NCBI GenBank assembly: GCA_024405635.1
Contig: JAKSOL010000005.1
Span: 68,938 to 132,937 of the forward strand
Direction: 5' to 3'
Origin: Salinivirgaceae bacterium
GTDB taxonomy: Bacteria; Bacteroidota; Bacteroidia; Bacteroidales; SZUA-534
DNA: 64,000 nucleotides
Shown: positions 41,011-51,389 of the stretch, piece after piece
Position numbering within the stretch: position 1 is the first letter of the stretch
Layout of the letters: every line of letters begins with the position of its first letter
Position numbers and translations under genes: made by a program
Notes under the pieces: generated by a model
Database searches by the model: none
The model's input: only the letters and a program-made list of their open reading frames with translations
Told to the model about the DNA's origin: nothing

Positions 41011-41937
41011 ATGTCGTTCATTATCAAAGACAAACCGTTCAGCAAAAAATGGTTTATTTCATACTCTTACATTCTTGTAGGCACTTTTTTGCTATCGTTG
41101 GGATTTGTGCTATTTATCAACCCTTATAAAATTGTGCCTGGTGGCGTTTATGGCATTTCCATCATTATTCACCACTCAACAAAAGGTTTGTTGCAAATGT
41201 TTCCCGACGGTACGCCGCTGGGCTTGGTATCGTTGTGCATGGATATTCCGCTCACTTTGCTTGGCATTAAAATTCTGGGGCCAAAGTTTGGAATGAAAAC
41301 AGTGGTTGGATTTGTGTCAACCGCCGTTTTTATGGATTTGCTCACCCGTTTGGTTGGCGATAACGATCCTCTGCATCTACAAAACGATGTGCTTTTGGCT
41401 TGTCTGTTTGGTGGATTGCTGGTTGGCATTGGATTGGGATTGGTTTTTAAATCGAAAGCCACGTCGGGCGGTTCTGATATTATTGCGGCTATAATTACCA
41501 AGTTTACGCACATTCCAATGGGTCAAACACTAATTTATGTCGATAGTGCCATTGTTCTTTCGGGTTTAATTGTTTTTCAAGATTGGCACATTCCATTGTA
41601 CTCGTGGTTGGTTATTTTCATAACTGGCAAGGTGATTGACAGCGTGGTTGAAGGTGCAGGGCATAGCAAAATGCTGCTCATTATTTCAGACCATCATGCC
41701 GAAATTCGTTTGCGCATATTGAACGATTTAGGACGTGGCGGCACATACATAAACGCCGAGGGCATGTACCAAGGTGCGCCTCGCAAAATGATTTACACTG
41801 TGATTGACCGCCGCGAGTTGCAAACTCTTGAGGAGATGATTAGCGATATTGACCCTAATGCTTTTGTGGCGGTGATTGATGCTAAAGAGATTTTGGGCGA
41901 GGGATTTAATTCGCTTACTGAAAAGGTTAAGGAATAG
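41011..41937 (+). CDS. YitT family membrane protein
   Basis: PGGVYGI, ATSGGSDI and RGGT motifs; C-terminal IDPNAF...GEGF (DUF2179-like). Confidence 0.9.
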   Translation: MSFIIKDKPFSKKWFISYSYILVGTFLLSLGFVLFINPYKIVPGGVYGISIIIHHSTKGLLQMFPDGTPLGLVSLCMDIPLTLLGIKILGPKFGMKTVVGFVSTAVFMDLLTRLVGDNDPLHLQNDVLLACLFGGLLVGIGLGLVFKSKATSGGSDIIAAIITKFTHIPMGQTLIYVDSAIVLSGLIVFQDWHIPLYSWLVIFITGKVIDSVVEGAGHSKMLLIISDHHAEIRLRILNDLGRGGTYINAEGMYQGAPRKMIYTVIDRRELQTLEEMISDIDPNAFVAVIDAKEILGEGFNSLTEKVKE

Positions 41938-41972
41938 CGGATTTTTTTGCTAAAGTTTTAATAGTAACGCAC

Positions 41973-42007
41973 AAAAAAGCCACTCTCTCAACTGAAAGAA
42001 TGGCTTT
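41973..42007 (-). terminator. Terminator downstream of rnpB (convergent with the YitT gene)
   Basis: AAAGCCA...TGGCTTT hairpin with T6 on the minus strand. Confidence 0.65.
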
Positions 42008-42016
42008 GTATGGTTT

Positions 42017-42371
42017 GGCAGTCAGTCTATAAGCCGGGTTCTGTCCTTGCGGTCTTGTCATTAATCTCGAATTGCAGTCACCTGCAACCTCTATCGACCT
42101 ACCCCTTGCAACCTTTCGACGCGACGGGCTTTCGCGCTCCTTGCGGAATTGCAATATACATGGTCTTTCAACTTGGAACGGACACAGCCACTGCAATTGC
42201 TTGCAATGCTGGTGGGCTCTTACCCCACCTTCTCACCCTTACCTTGCGGCGGTTATTCTCTTCTGCCCCCTTATGCCCTCGCGAACATCTTCCTATTCAG
42301 AAGTCCAATGCCCTGTGTTGCCCAGACTTTCCTCACCAATTTGCATTGGCGCGACAAGACGACCAACTGCC
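42017..42371 (-). ncRNA. rnpB: RNase P RNA
   Basis: Minus strand carries GAGGAAAGTCTGGGC near the 5' end and ACAGAACCCGGCTTA near the 3' end (P4). The termini GGCAGTTGGTC/GACTGACTGCC pair (P1). TACTTTTG promoter element at 42376-42383. Confidence 0.96.
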
Positions 42372-42404
42372 GCCACAAAAGTAACGCGAAAGTTGAATTT
42401 GACG

Positions 42405-42444
42405 AAAAAAGCCTCGCCGGATTTTTCTCCAACGAGGCTTTTTT
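42405..42444 (-). terminator. Terminator of the ara operon
   Basis: AAAAAAGCCTCG...CGAGGCTTTTTT. Confidence 0.8.
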
Positions 42445-42462
42445 GTAAAAACTTAAAATATT

Positions 42463-44052
42463 CTACAAATTCTCTACTGCAGCTTGCTCAATTGCCAAGC
42501 CTTTAATGTATCGGTTGTAGAAAATGTTAAAGCTGTCTTCAATTGATTTTTCGCTAGCAGCGGTTTGTTTTTTGCAAGAAGCAAAAACATCTTGGTCCAA
42601 ATAATCGGCCAAAGGTTTGTTAACTCCCATGTAGTTGGCCAAGACTGCCATACCCCAAGGGCCGCCCTCGCCTGCTGTTTCCATAACCGAAATTGGAGTG
42701 TGCAACGATGCTGCCATGTTTTTCAAACCTGCATCGGTTTTAAACAAACCACCGGCACCTGTCATGCTATCAATAATAACATTCTCTTTTTCAAACAAAA
42801 TGTCCATACCCTTGCGCAATGCACCAAGAGCCGAGAATTGAAGAGTGCGCATAAAGTTTGCTACGTTAAATTTTGCATTCTCGCTACGTACAAACATTGG
42901 ACGTCCTGAATTCATACCTGTAATGGTTTCGCCGCTCAAGTAGTTGTAAATCAACAATCCGCCGCAATCTTCGTCTGCATTAAACGATTGTGCAAATAGT
43001 TTTTGGAACAAGTCGCCCTTTTCGGCTTTGTGTCCCATAATTTCGCAAACTTCGCCTAAGAAATTCATCCAATAGTTAAACTCGCCAGTACAGTTGTTTG
43101 CGTGAACCATTGCAACCAATTTGCCGTCGGGAGTGGTAACCACGTCAATAATGCCAGGATAAAGTCCTTTCAAGTCTTTTTCAAGCACTACCATTGCAAA
43201 AACCGAGGTTCCCGCGCTGATGTTGCCTGTGCGGTCTTTTACGCTATTGGTAGCTGCCATGCCTGTACCTGCGTCGCCTTCGGGTGGGCAAAGAGGAATG
43301 CCTGCCTCAAGGTCGCCAGCTGGGTCAATAAATTTTGCTCCTTCAACGGTTAGCGAACCTGCATTTGCGCCTGCCGAAAGTACTTTTGGGAAAAGGTCGG
43401 TAACTTTAATGTTTGCACCACGTGCCGACATTAATTTATCGAACTGAGCCAAGAATTTTTGGTTGTAGTCGCCAGTGGCCATATCGATTGGGAACATACC
43501 CGAAGCGTCGCCAATGCCAATTACTTTATTGCCTGTAAGCATAAAGTGGATGTAGGCAGCTAAAGTGTAAACGCTATCGAGTTTTGCCACATGCTCTTCG
43601 TTGTTCAAAATTGCTTGGTACAAGTGCGAGATGCTCCAACGCTCTGGCACTGGGAAATTAAATAGTTTTGATAGTTCTTCAGAAGCTGCTCCTGTTATGG
43701 TGTTGCGCCACGTGCGGAAAGGTACAAGAAGGTTGCCATTTTTGTCAAAAGCCAAGTAACCGTGCATCATTGCACTAATACCCATTGCTTTCATTTTTTT
43801 CAATGTCACACCATATTTTTCTTTCACGTCGCGTTTCAAGTCGGCATAGCAATCTTGCAGACCTTTGTGAATACGGTCGAGCGAGTATGTCCAAATACCG
43901 TTAACCAATTCGTTTTCCCACTCAAAACTGCCTGAAGCTAACACTTCGCTTTGTTCATTAATCAACACAGCTTTGATGCGAGTTGAGCCAAACTCCAAAC
44001 CCATAACGGCCTTACCGTTATTTATTACATCAATAATTTGCGATTTGTCCAT
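42463..44052 (-). CDS. araB: FGGY carbohydrate kinase, L-ribulokinase
   Basis: GLEFGSTRIKAVL, SAMMHGY and CPPEGDAGTGM motifs; lies in the ara operon. Confidence 0.85.
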   Translation of the reverse strand: MDKSQIIDVINNGKAVMGLEFGSTRIKAVLINEQSEVLASGSFEWENELVNGIWTYSLDRIHKGLQDCYADLKRDVKEKYGVTLKKMKAMGISAMMHGYLAFDKNGNLLVPFRTWRNTITGAASEELSKLFNFPVPERWSISHLYQAILNNEEHVAKLDSVYTLAAYIHFMLTGNKVIGIGDASGMFPIDMATGDYNQKFLAQFDKLMSARGANIKVTDLFPKVLSAGANAGSLTVEGAKFIDPAGDLEAGIPLCPPEGDAGTGMAATNSVKDRTGNISAGTSVFAMVVLEKDLKGLYPGIIDVVTTPDGKLVAMVHANNCTGEFNYWMNFLGEVCEIMGHKAEKGDLFQKLFAQSFNADEDCGGLLIYNYLSGETITGMNSGRPMFVRSENAKFNVANFMRTLQFSALGALRKGMDILFEKENVIIDSMTGAGGLFKTDAGLKNMAASLHTPISVMETAGEGGPWGMAVLANYMGVNKPLADYLDQDVFASCKKQTAASEKSIEDSFNIFYNRYIKGLAIEQAAVENL

Positions 44053-44187
44053 TGTGTTAAGTTTTATACCGATAGTCAATTGACTATCAACTGTTTATTT
44101 AAGGAAGCAAACAAATCTCCCAATTAAATTCTATATCGATATTAAGTTTATCCATTAAAACTTTGTGCAAGTTTTAATGGACACTTT

Positions 44188-44883
44188 TTATTTCTTTTTT
44201 TGTCCGTAATATGCGTTTGGACCATGTTTGCGCATGTAGTGCTTTTCAATAAGCAACGGATTCATTGTCAAGTTTGGATTAACTTGATAAGCAATGAATG
44301 CCATTTTAGCGCATTGCTCCATCACTTTAGCGTTGTAAACAGCATTGCCTGCCGATGTTCCCCATGAGAATGGTCCGTGATTTTTAACCAACACGCCAGG
44401 TGTATGGTCGGGATTGATGCCCTCAAAGCGTTTAACAATAACGTTTCCGGTTTCAAGTTCGTACTCGCCTTTAACTTCGGCTTCAGTCATATCATCGGTA
44501 CAAGGAATTTCTTTGTAGAAGTAATCGGCATGTGTTGTGCCAATGTTTGGAATATCTTTTCCAGCTTGAGCCCAAGCAGTTGCATAGGTTGAGTGTGTGT
44601 GAACAACACCTTTAATGTTTGGGAAATTGCGATAAAGCACCAAGTGAGTTGGAGTATCTGACGATGGATTTAAGTCGCCTTCAACCACTTTACCTGTGTT
44701 AAGGTCAACAACTACCATATCGCTAGCTTTCATTTCGTCGTACGAAACACCGCTAGGTTTAATCACCACCAAACCTTTTTCGCGGTCGATAGCGCTAACG
44801 TTTCCCCAAGTAAAAATCACAAGGTCTTGTTTTACCAATTCGAGGTTTGCACGAAAAACCTCTTCTTTCAAAGCCTCTAACAT
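44188..44883 (-). CDS. araD: L-ribulose-5-phosphate 4-epimerase
   Basis: [23 protein letters not shown] and AYYGQ. Confidence 0.96.
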   Translation of the reverse strand: MLEALKEEVFRANLELVKQDLVIFTWGNVSAIDREKGLVVIKPSGVSYDEMKASDMVVVDLNTGKVVEGDLNPSSDTPTHLVLYRNFPNIKGVVHTHSTYATAWAQAGKDIPNIGTTHADYFYKEIPCTDDMTEAEVKGEYELETGNVIVKRFEGINPDHTPGVLVKNHGPFSWGTSAGNAVYNAKVMEQCAKMAFIAYQVNPNLTMNPLLIEKHYMRKHGPNAYYGQKKK

Positions 44884-44920
44884 TTTTAATTATATTTTTT
44901 ACAATTAATAATATGGAGTA

Positions 44921-44963
44921 AAAAAGTACGGAACCAACCGCCAACGATTAAGGTTCCGCACTT
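44921..44963 (-). terminator. Internal terminator-like hairpin between araP and araD
   Basis: Minus strand GTGCGGAACC...GGTTCCGTAC followed by T6. Confidence 0.55.
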
Positions 44964-44986
44964 ATATAAAATCAAAGTTGGTTATT

Positions 44987-46942
44987 CTACCAAAGCACTG
45001 CGTAAAGAATTACAAGCAAAACTATGATACCAATTGCACCAATATTGAATGTTTTGTCGGTATGGAACAACGACAAGTCAATAGCAATTGCATTTGCATC
45101 TTGCACAGCATCTTTTGCATTTGAACGCAAGTAAATACCAAGTACAAGCAACATTGTTGCAAAGAAGAATATACCCTCAATGCCCAAGTTTTGCAATTTA
45201 ACGCACAAAGCGCCATTGCCAAGCAAAACTACGGCACCAATAACATAGCAAGCAGCAGCAGCAATCATAAGCAATTTGCTCCAGCTTAAATGAGTAGCAA
45301 TAGTCTCGGCGCTCAACTCTTGAGTTGGCACGTTTTTCTCTTTGTTGTAGTACAACGATAGTGAAACAAACAACACTACAAGAACCATAAATACATAACC
45401 CATACGAATTAGGAATGGAGTTTCTGGCATAAGGAACTTGAAGATGATTGAGAATACAAAAGTACCAATTGCAGTAACAATGGCTGCGCTACCATTTGAG
45501 CGTTTCCACAACAAGCCAAGACCAAAGATTACAACGATACCAGGATATACAAAGCCTGAATACTCTTGAATAATTTGGAATGCTTGGTCGGCACCACCCA
45601 TGATTGGGAATACTGCAATAAGAGCAATAATCAATGCAAAGATTGATGTAATACGTCCAACAGTTACAAGGCTACGGTCGGTAGCATCTTTTTTAATGAA
45701 CTGTTTGTAAATGTCCATTGTAAAGATGGTTGAAGTAGAGTTGAACATTGATGCCAATGATGAAATAACAGCTGCAGTTAAAGCTGCAAACGACAAACCT
45801 TTAACTACAACTGGAGTAAAGTTGCGGATTAGGAATGGATAAGCATCGTCTGAAATGTTAATTGAACCAGCCAACTCAATGCTTTGACGCAATGTATCGT
45901 CGTTCCAAATCAAGTAAGCGCAAACACCTGGAATGCAAACGATGAATGGAATAAGGATTTTCAAGAAACCTGCAAAAACAAGACCTTTTTTAGCTTCGTC
46001 AATGTTTTTAGCAGCCAAACCTTTTTGAATAATATATTGGTTAAAGCCCCAGTAACCTAGGTTAGTCAACCAAAGGGCACCAATAATAAGTACTACACCA
46101 GGAAGTGTAAAGTATGGGTCTTCAGTAATGTTTTTGAACAATTCAGGTTGACGTTCAACAACCAAGTTCATGTGCTTGTCGCCAGGAATTTCTTGCAAAC
46201 GTTTCATAACCTCGCCCATTGCACCCAAAGCGCTATCGGCACCAAGGTGTGGAGCTATTGCTGCAAGTGCTGCGTATGCGGTAATTAAGCCACCACCAAC
46301 AAGGAACACAACTTGCATAACGTCGGTCCATGCTACTGATGCCAAACCACCATAGATTGAATAAATACCAGCAACAAGATAAAGGAACAAAATGATAATC
46401 AAACGAACGCTAATTTCAGCGCCACCTATTGTTAGCATCACACCTTTCAAGCCTAGAATTTGCTCAATAGCCAAAGCACCAAGCCATGCAACTGAAGTAA
46501 GGTTGATGAACACATACAAGAACAACCAGAAAATTGAGAATGACAATCCTACACCCTTGTTATAACGTTGAGTAAGGAATTGAGGAATGGTTGTTACGTT
46601 GTTTTTAATCATTACAGGCAAAATAAATTTACCTACTACAACAAGTGTAAGAGCAGCCATAAGTTCGTATGCTGCAATTGCAATACCTGCACCATAAGCC
46701 GAACCGCTCATTCCAATAAATTGCTCAGCAGAAATGTTTGCTGCAATAAGCGATGCACCTACAGCCCACCAAGTCAATGTGTTACCAGCCAAGAAGTAAT
46801 CGTTTGAACTTTTTTCTTTGCCGTCTTTGCTACGCGAAAGGAACAATCCCATCGCAACTAGAATAATAATGTAAACCACAAACACACCATAGTCAATGCC
46901 TGTGAAACCATTATTACTCAAACCTTGAATAATTTCTTTCAT
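44987..46942 (-). CDS. araP: Sodium:solute symporter, probable arabinose transporter
   Basis: YFLAG..L.WW..GASLIAANISAEQFIGMSG SSS motif; ara operon context. Confidence 0.85.
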   Translation of the reverse strand: MKEIIQGLSNNGFTGIDYGVFVVYIIILVAMGLFLSRSKDGKEKSSNDYFLAGNTLTWWAVGASLIAANISAEQFIGMSGSAYGAGIAIAAYELMAALTLVVVGKFILPVMIKNNVTTIPQFLTQRYNKGVGLSFSIFWLFLYVFINLTSVAWLGALAIEQILGLKGVMLTIGGAEISVRLIIILFLYLVAGIYSIYGGLASVAWTDVMQVVFLVGGGLITAYAALAAIAPHLGADSALGAMGEVMKRLQEIPGDKHMNLVVERQPELFKNITEDPYFTLPGVVLIIGALWLTNLGYWGFNQYIIQKGLAAKNIDEAKKGLVFAGFLKILIPFIVCIPGVCAYLIWNDDTLRQSIELAGSINISDDAYPFLIRNFTPVVVKGLSFAALTAAVISSLASMFNSTSTIFTMDIYKQFIKKDATDRSLVTVGRITSIFALIIALIAVFPIMGGADQAFQIIQEYSGFVYPGIVVIFGLGLLWKRSNGSAAIVTAIGTFVFSIIFKFLMPETPFLIRMGYVFMVLVVLFVSLSLYYNKEKNVPTQELSAETIATHLSWSKLLMIAAAACYVIGAVVLLGNGALCVKLQNLGIEGIFFFATMLLVLGIYLRSNAKDAVQDANAIAIDLSLFHTDKTFNIGAIGIIVLLVILYAVLW

Positions 46943-46975
46943 TTAAAATGGTATTAATTATTAATAAAATGTAAA

Positions 46976-46999
46976 GCCCGAAGGTTAGTGCCTTCGGGC
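46976..46999 (-). terminator. Hairpin between araA and araP
   Basis: Perfect 9-bp stem GCCCGAAGG/CCTTCGGGC followed by TTTACATTTT. Confidence 0.55.
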
Positions 47000-47009
47000 C
47001 TCAAATGTA

Positions 47010-48548
47010 TTAGAATTTCAGTTTGTAATACAACTCATTCATCTGCAACTCTTTTTTAAAGTTGCGAATTGTGGTGTCGTTGTTAATGTAAACCGCTTCA
47101 ATTCCAGCAATTTCTGCGTAATCTTCCCAATACTCTTCAGTAAGGTCGTACGAGAAACAAGAGTGGTGAGTACCACCTGCCAAAATCCAAGCACCTGCGC
47201 CTATCTCAAAGTTTGGCTCTGGAATCCACAAAGCTGAAGCTACTGGTAGTTTTGGCAATGGATTCGACTTGATGCACTTAACTTTGTTTACAATCAAACG
47301 GAAATGGTCGCCCATATCAACCACAGTTGCGGTTATACCGTTGCCTGGTTTACTAGTAAACACCAAACGTGCTGTTTGACTCTTGCGAATGCCTATTCCT
47401 AGGAAGTGAACCTCCAAACGAGGTTTGCTCTCAGCAATTGCAGGGCTAACCTCAAGCATGTGCGCTTGCAGAATTGCACTTTGCTCGCCATTAAAATGAA
47501 GTGTATAGTCCTCAAGGAACGAACTGCCGTTTGGCAAACCTTGTCCCATAAACCAAACTGTGCGGTAAAGAGCTGCCGATTTCCAATCGCCCTCGGCTCC
47601 AAAACCATATCCTTCGGCCATTAAACGTTGAGAGGCAAGACCCGGAATTTGGTCAAATCCCAAGAATTTTGGACTATCAATGTTAGCGGTTCCAAGATCG
47701 TCGAAGTTGGTGGTGAAGGCTTTGGCTCCTTTGTCGGTTAAACATGCACGCAAGGTTAGTTCAGCTTTTGCCGAATTCCATACCTTTTGATAAGCTTCGG
47801 TCGTTTTGTCTTCCAACGATTTATCGTGATCGTATTCAGCAAAATATGTTGCTACAAGAGCATCAACATCTTTGTCTTCAATTTTCTCAAAGTACGACAT
47901 CAATGTGCTAACTGGGCAATAGTCAACATGATAGCCAAGAGTTTCCTCTGCAGCTACTTTGTCGCCATCGGTAACTGCAACATTGTTCATTTGGTCGCCA
48001 AATCGCAAAATCAGCATGTCTTGTGCATCGGCCCATGCTGCTGCAACGCGCATCCAAACTGCAATTTTGTCTTGTGCTTTAGAATCTTGCCAATGGCCCA
48101 CTACCACTTTACGACGAACTTTCATTCGTGCGCAAATGTGACCAAACTCGCGGTCGCCGTGTGCCGATTGGTTCAAGTTCATAAAGTCCATATCCATTGT
48201 GTCCCATGGAATCTCTTTATTGAATTGAGTATGGAAGTGCAACAATGGTTTTTTTAGATTCTGCAAACCATGAATCCACATTTTTGCTGGCGAGAAGGTG
48301 TGCATCCAGGTAATAACGCCAACGCATTTTGGGTCGTTGTTTGCTGCTTTAAAAACCGACAAAACCTCGTCCGACGAATTTGCTGTTCCTTTGTACACTA
48401 CATTGAATGGCAATCGGCCCGAAGCGTTCAAGCCTGCCACCATTTCGTTTGAGTGTCCATCAACAGCTACAACAGCATCGCCGCCATATAAAAGTTGCGC
48501 TCCTGTAACAAACCAAACCTCGTAGTTAGAAAATCCTTTTTCGCTCAT
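47010..48548 (-). CDS. araA: L-arabinose isomerase
   Basis: WMHTFSPAKMWI, MNLNQSAHGDREFG, GAEGDWK, HMLE and GGTHH. Confidence 0.96.
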   Translation of the reverse strand: MSEKGFSNYEVWFVTGAQLLYGGDAVVAVDGHSNEMVAGLNASGRLPFNVVYKGTANSSDEVLSVFKAANNDPKCVGVITWMHTFSPAKMWIHGLQNLKKPLLHFHTQFNKEIPWDTMDMDFMNLNQSAHGDREFGHICARMKVRRKVVVGHWQDSKAQDKIAVWMRVAAAWADAQDMLILRFGDQMNNVAVTDGDKVAAEETLGYHVDYCPVSTLMSYFEKIEDKDVDALVATYFAEYDHDKSLEDKTTEAYQKVWNSAKAELTLRACLTDKGAKAFTTNFDDLGTANIDSPKFLGFDQIPGLASQRLMAEGYGFGAEGDWKSAALYRTVWFMGQGLPNGSSFLEDYTLHFNGEQSAILQAHMLEVSPAIAESKPRLEVHFLGIGIRKSQTARLVFTSKPGNGITATVVDMGDHFRLIVNKVKCIKSNPLPKLPVASALWIPEPNFEIGAGAWILAGGTHHSCFSYDLTEEYWEDYAEIAGIEAVYINNDTTIRNFKKELQMNELYYKLKF

Positions 48549-48565
48549 AATATTCTATTGGTCAA

Positions 48566-49684
48566 TTATTTTGCAGAAAATTTATAAACGCATACTGAAT
48601 AGTATTTTTCGCCAGGATTCAAAACAGTTGAAGGGAAGTTTGCTTTGTTTGGGCTATCTGGGAAGTGTTGTGTTTCAAGGCACAATGCGCAACGACGACC
48701 ATAAAGTTTTCCGTATTTACCAGTCTCTTTACCTGAGATAAAGTTACCTGCATAGAATTGAATTCCAGGTTCGTTGGTCAACACATCCATTGTAATGCCA
48801 GATACTGGGCTTGTTACTGATGCGCCTAAAACAAGACCGCATTTGCTGCAAGAATCTTTAGCATTAAGAACATAGTTGTGATCATAGCCACCACGTACGC
48901 TATCAATGCGAGCGCCAATAGCTGTTGCTGTACGGAAATCAAGAGGAGAACCGTCAAGTGATGCCAATTCGCCAGTTGGAATCAAGGTAAAGTCAACTGG
49001 GGTGTATTGGTCAGCATTGATTGTCAACACATGGTCGTTGATGCTGGTTGAAGCATCGCCTGAAAGGTTGAAGAACGAGTGGTTTGTAAGGTTGCAGATT
49101 GTTGGTTTATCAGTTTCAGCAAAGTACTCAAGTTTAATAGCGTTGCACTTTGTAATGGTGTAAACAACTTTAACTTGCAAGTTTCCTGGGAAACCAGCCT
49201 CGCCGTCTTGCGAAAGATATGAGAATTCAACAACGCTGTCGCTCACTTGTTTACCATCAAGCACTACATTAAAATAGCCTTTTTTACCACCGTGAAGCGA
49301 ATTGCGACCCTCGTTTCGGTCAACTTGATAAGTGCTGTCGTTCAAAGTGAAAGATGCGCCACCGATACGGTTGCCATAACGACCAATTAGAGCGCCAAAA
49401 TAAACGCCGTCGGCTGATTTTTGATACTCTTCAAGAGTTTCAAAACCCATTACAACGTCTTGCATAACTCCCTTGTTGTCTGGAACCCAAAGCGACACGA
49501 TGCGAGCACCAAGATTGGTAATTTGAGCTGTCATGCCAGCATCGTTTTTAATAGTAAAAAGTTCAACATTTTTACCATCAACTTCTTTAGCAAAGTTTTG
49601 CTTGTCAATTAATTGCACCTTTTGTTTTGGTGTGCAGGCAGCCAACGACAATAGGCAAAGCGCTGCAATTGTTAGTTTTTTCAT
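48566..49684 (-). CDS. galM: Aldose 1-epimerase lipoprotein (AraM/GalM-type)
   Basis: LAAC lipobox; GRYGNRI, LHGG, NLTNHSFFNL and CLETQHFPDSPN. Confidence 0.92.
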   Translation of the reverse strand: MKKLTIAALCLLSLAACTPKQKVQLIDKQNFAKEVDGKNVELFTIKNDAGMTAQITNLGARIVSLWVPDNKGVMQDVVMGFETLEEYQKSADGVYFGALIGRYGNRIGGASFTLNDSTYQVDRNEGRNSLHGGKKGYFNVVLDGKQVSDSVVEFSYLSQDGEAGFPGNLQVKVVYTITKCNAIKLEYFAETDKPTICNLTNHSFFNLSGDASTSINDHVLTINADQYTPVDFTLIPTGELASLDGSPLDFRTATAIGARIDSVRGGYDHNYVLNAKDSCSKCGLVLGASVTSPVSGITMDVLTNEPGIQFYAGNFISGKETGKYGKLYGRRCALCLETQHFPDSPNKANFPSTVLNPGEKYYSVCVYKFSAK

Positions 49685-49761
49685 ACAAATAAAATTTTTG
49701 TTTTTAGCCCCACAAAGGGCATGGTTATTAATAAAGTAAATCGGTTACGTTTTATTGAAAT

Positions 49762-49788
49762 CAAAGATAATTGTAATTATTACACTTA
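49762..49788 (-). promoter_or_regulatory. ara operon promoter -7 element (TATCTTTG) and adjoining AraR-like operator
   Basis: Minus strand reads TAAGTGT-AATAATT-ACAAT directly followed by TATCTTTG. Confidence 0.65.
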
Positions 49789-50003
49789 ATAATCGGAGTA
49801 GTTTTTTTTTGCACAAAAATTGGGTTCTACCGCAAGCTCTTCAGTCAGAAAACAAAACACTTTTTAAGCGCTTTGGCAACAGTTATTGCAACCAAAACCA
49901 CGCCACGCTCTGCAACACGAAATATTTTGGAAATATTGGCGTTAAGTTATTATTTTGCCACGTTTTTGTAACATTCTAGTTACACTCAATAATTAAGAAT
50001 TAA

Positions 50004-51389
50004 ATGAAGTTACGACAAATAATTGCGGCTGGTCTGATTGCTACGCTTATTGCTGCATGCGACAGAAACGGCGACTCTTATATTGTGGGCCACGTATTAA
50101 CTGATCCCAGTTCAACAATTGGCTACACCGACACTTTCAACTTAAAGATGTCAACCGTTCGTCTCGATAGTTTCAACACATCGGGCTACGACGTTATTCA
50201 CATGGGTTATTACAAAGACACAATGGCAGGCAATGTGCGCACCGAAACTTACATTCCGCTAACCTACTACTCGCGCCCCGAGTTTAACTCCGAAACTATT
50301 TTTGATAGCATTGTGCTAGTAGTTAAGCCAAACGGCAACTGGAGCGGCGACACGCTTTTGCCAAAAACTTTTTCCATTTACGAAGTTGCTGCCGACATTG
50401 AACCCAACCCTAACAACGAGCAACCTTTCAACCTTTTCAACAATCAAAGCATACCTTACAAACCAACACCTTTGGGCAAAATGACTGTAACCCCATCGCC
50501 AAAAGGAAAACTTGTATCGTATTGCCGATTGAGCGACAGCTTGGGACAATCGTGGGTTGATATGCTAAACAACAACGACGAAAACATTGAAAGTGCCAGC
50601 AAATTTGAGGTTTTCTTTAAAGGCATAATGATTCGCCCCGAAACCGACAACGTGTCGTGGGGAATGGATTTTGTAACCGTGAGCAATAAGTTGGAAACTG
50701 GCAAACAAATTGTTGATGCCGAGAACTTTGAAATTCGTCTTTACTATCGCACTCCCGAAGATGGTGAGGACGACTCGTACATGGTTTTCCGCCCCGAAAA
50801 GCGCACCTACATGTTCACACACTTTATTCGCGAGGACCAAGGTACCGTTTTTGAAAACCTTGACATTGACGGCGATTTTATTCCTTCAGAACAAAGTAAC
50901 AACGTTTCGGTTATTCAAGCTGGCAGCGGTTTAGCTTTGCGCATCGAGATTCCTTCGCTCACCAAGTTGCACGACGTTACCGACTACATAAATATGCTTG
51001 ACGCTCGTTTGACTATCAGACCAAAAGAAAACTCGTTTAACGACACATACAAACTACCAAAAGAGCTTTATGTGGCTATAACCGACCAATCAAACGAACT
51101 GCTTTCAAACCTTACCGATATGAGCGGCGCTAGAGTTGTTGGCAGATTAACTTACGCCGACAATTTTGACGAAGACCCTTATTACGTTTTTTCGGTTTCA
51201 GCGTTCATTCGCAGTCGTATGCTTCATCCATCTGACGACTACAATGCGTTGCTCATTTTAGCAAGCAACCAAGAGAGTTCCACTAGCTTTTTCAGATTGT
51301 TGGTTGACGATAAAACCACTTTTGGCGACAATGTTCAACTGCAAGTTTATTATACAACCTACTTAAAACCAGACAAATGCGAAGATTAA
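50004..51389 (+). CDS. DUF4270-like lipoprotein
   Basis: IAAC lipobox; YTDTF...STVRLDS..TS, FDSIVL...GDT and FFKGI motifs. Confidence 0.75.
   Translation: MKLRQIIAAGLIATLIAACDRNGDSYIVGHVLTDPSSTIGYTDTFNLKMSTVRLDSFNTSGYDVIHMGYYKDTMAGNVRTETYIPLTYYSRPEFNSETIFDSIVLVVKPNGNWSGDTLLPKTFSIYEVAADIEPNPNNEQPFNLFNNQSIPYKPTPLGKMTVTPSPKGKLVSYCRLSDSLGQSWVDMLNNNDENIESASKFEVFFKGIMIRPETDNVSWGMDFVTVSNKLETGKQIVDAENFEIRLYYRTPEDGEDDSYMVFRPEKRTYMFTHFIREDQGTVFENLDIDGDFIPSEQSNNVSVIQAGSGLALRIEIPSLTKLHDVTDYINMLDARLTIRPKENSFNDTYKLPKELYVAITDQSNELLSNLTDMSGARVVGRLTYADNFDEDPYYVFSVSAFIRSRMLHPSDDYNALLILASNQESSTSFFRLLVDDKTTFGDNVQLQVYYTTYLKPDKCED

Noticed and set aside
41927-42506. Four short ORFs (89-144 aa) in the track
   Set aside because: They overlap the RNase P RNA gene and are by-products of GC-rich structured RNA
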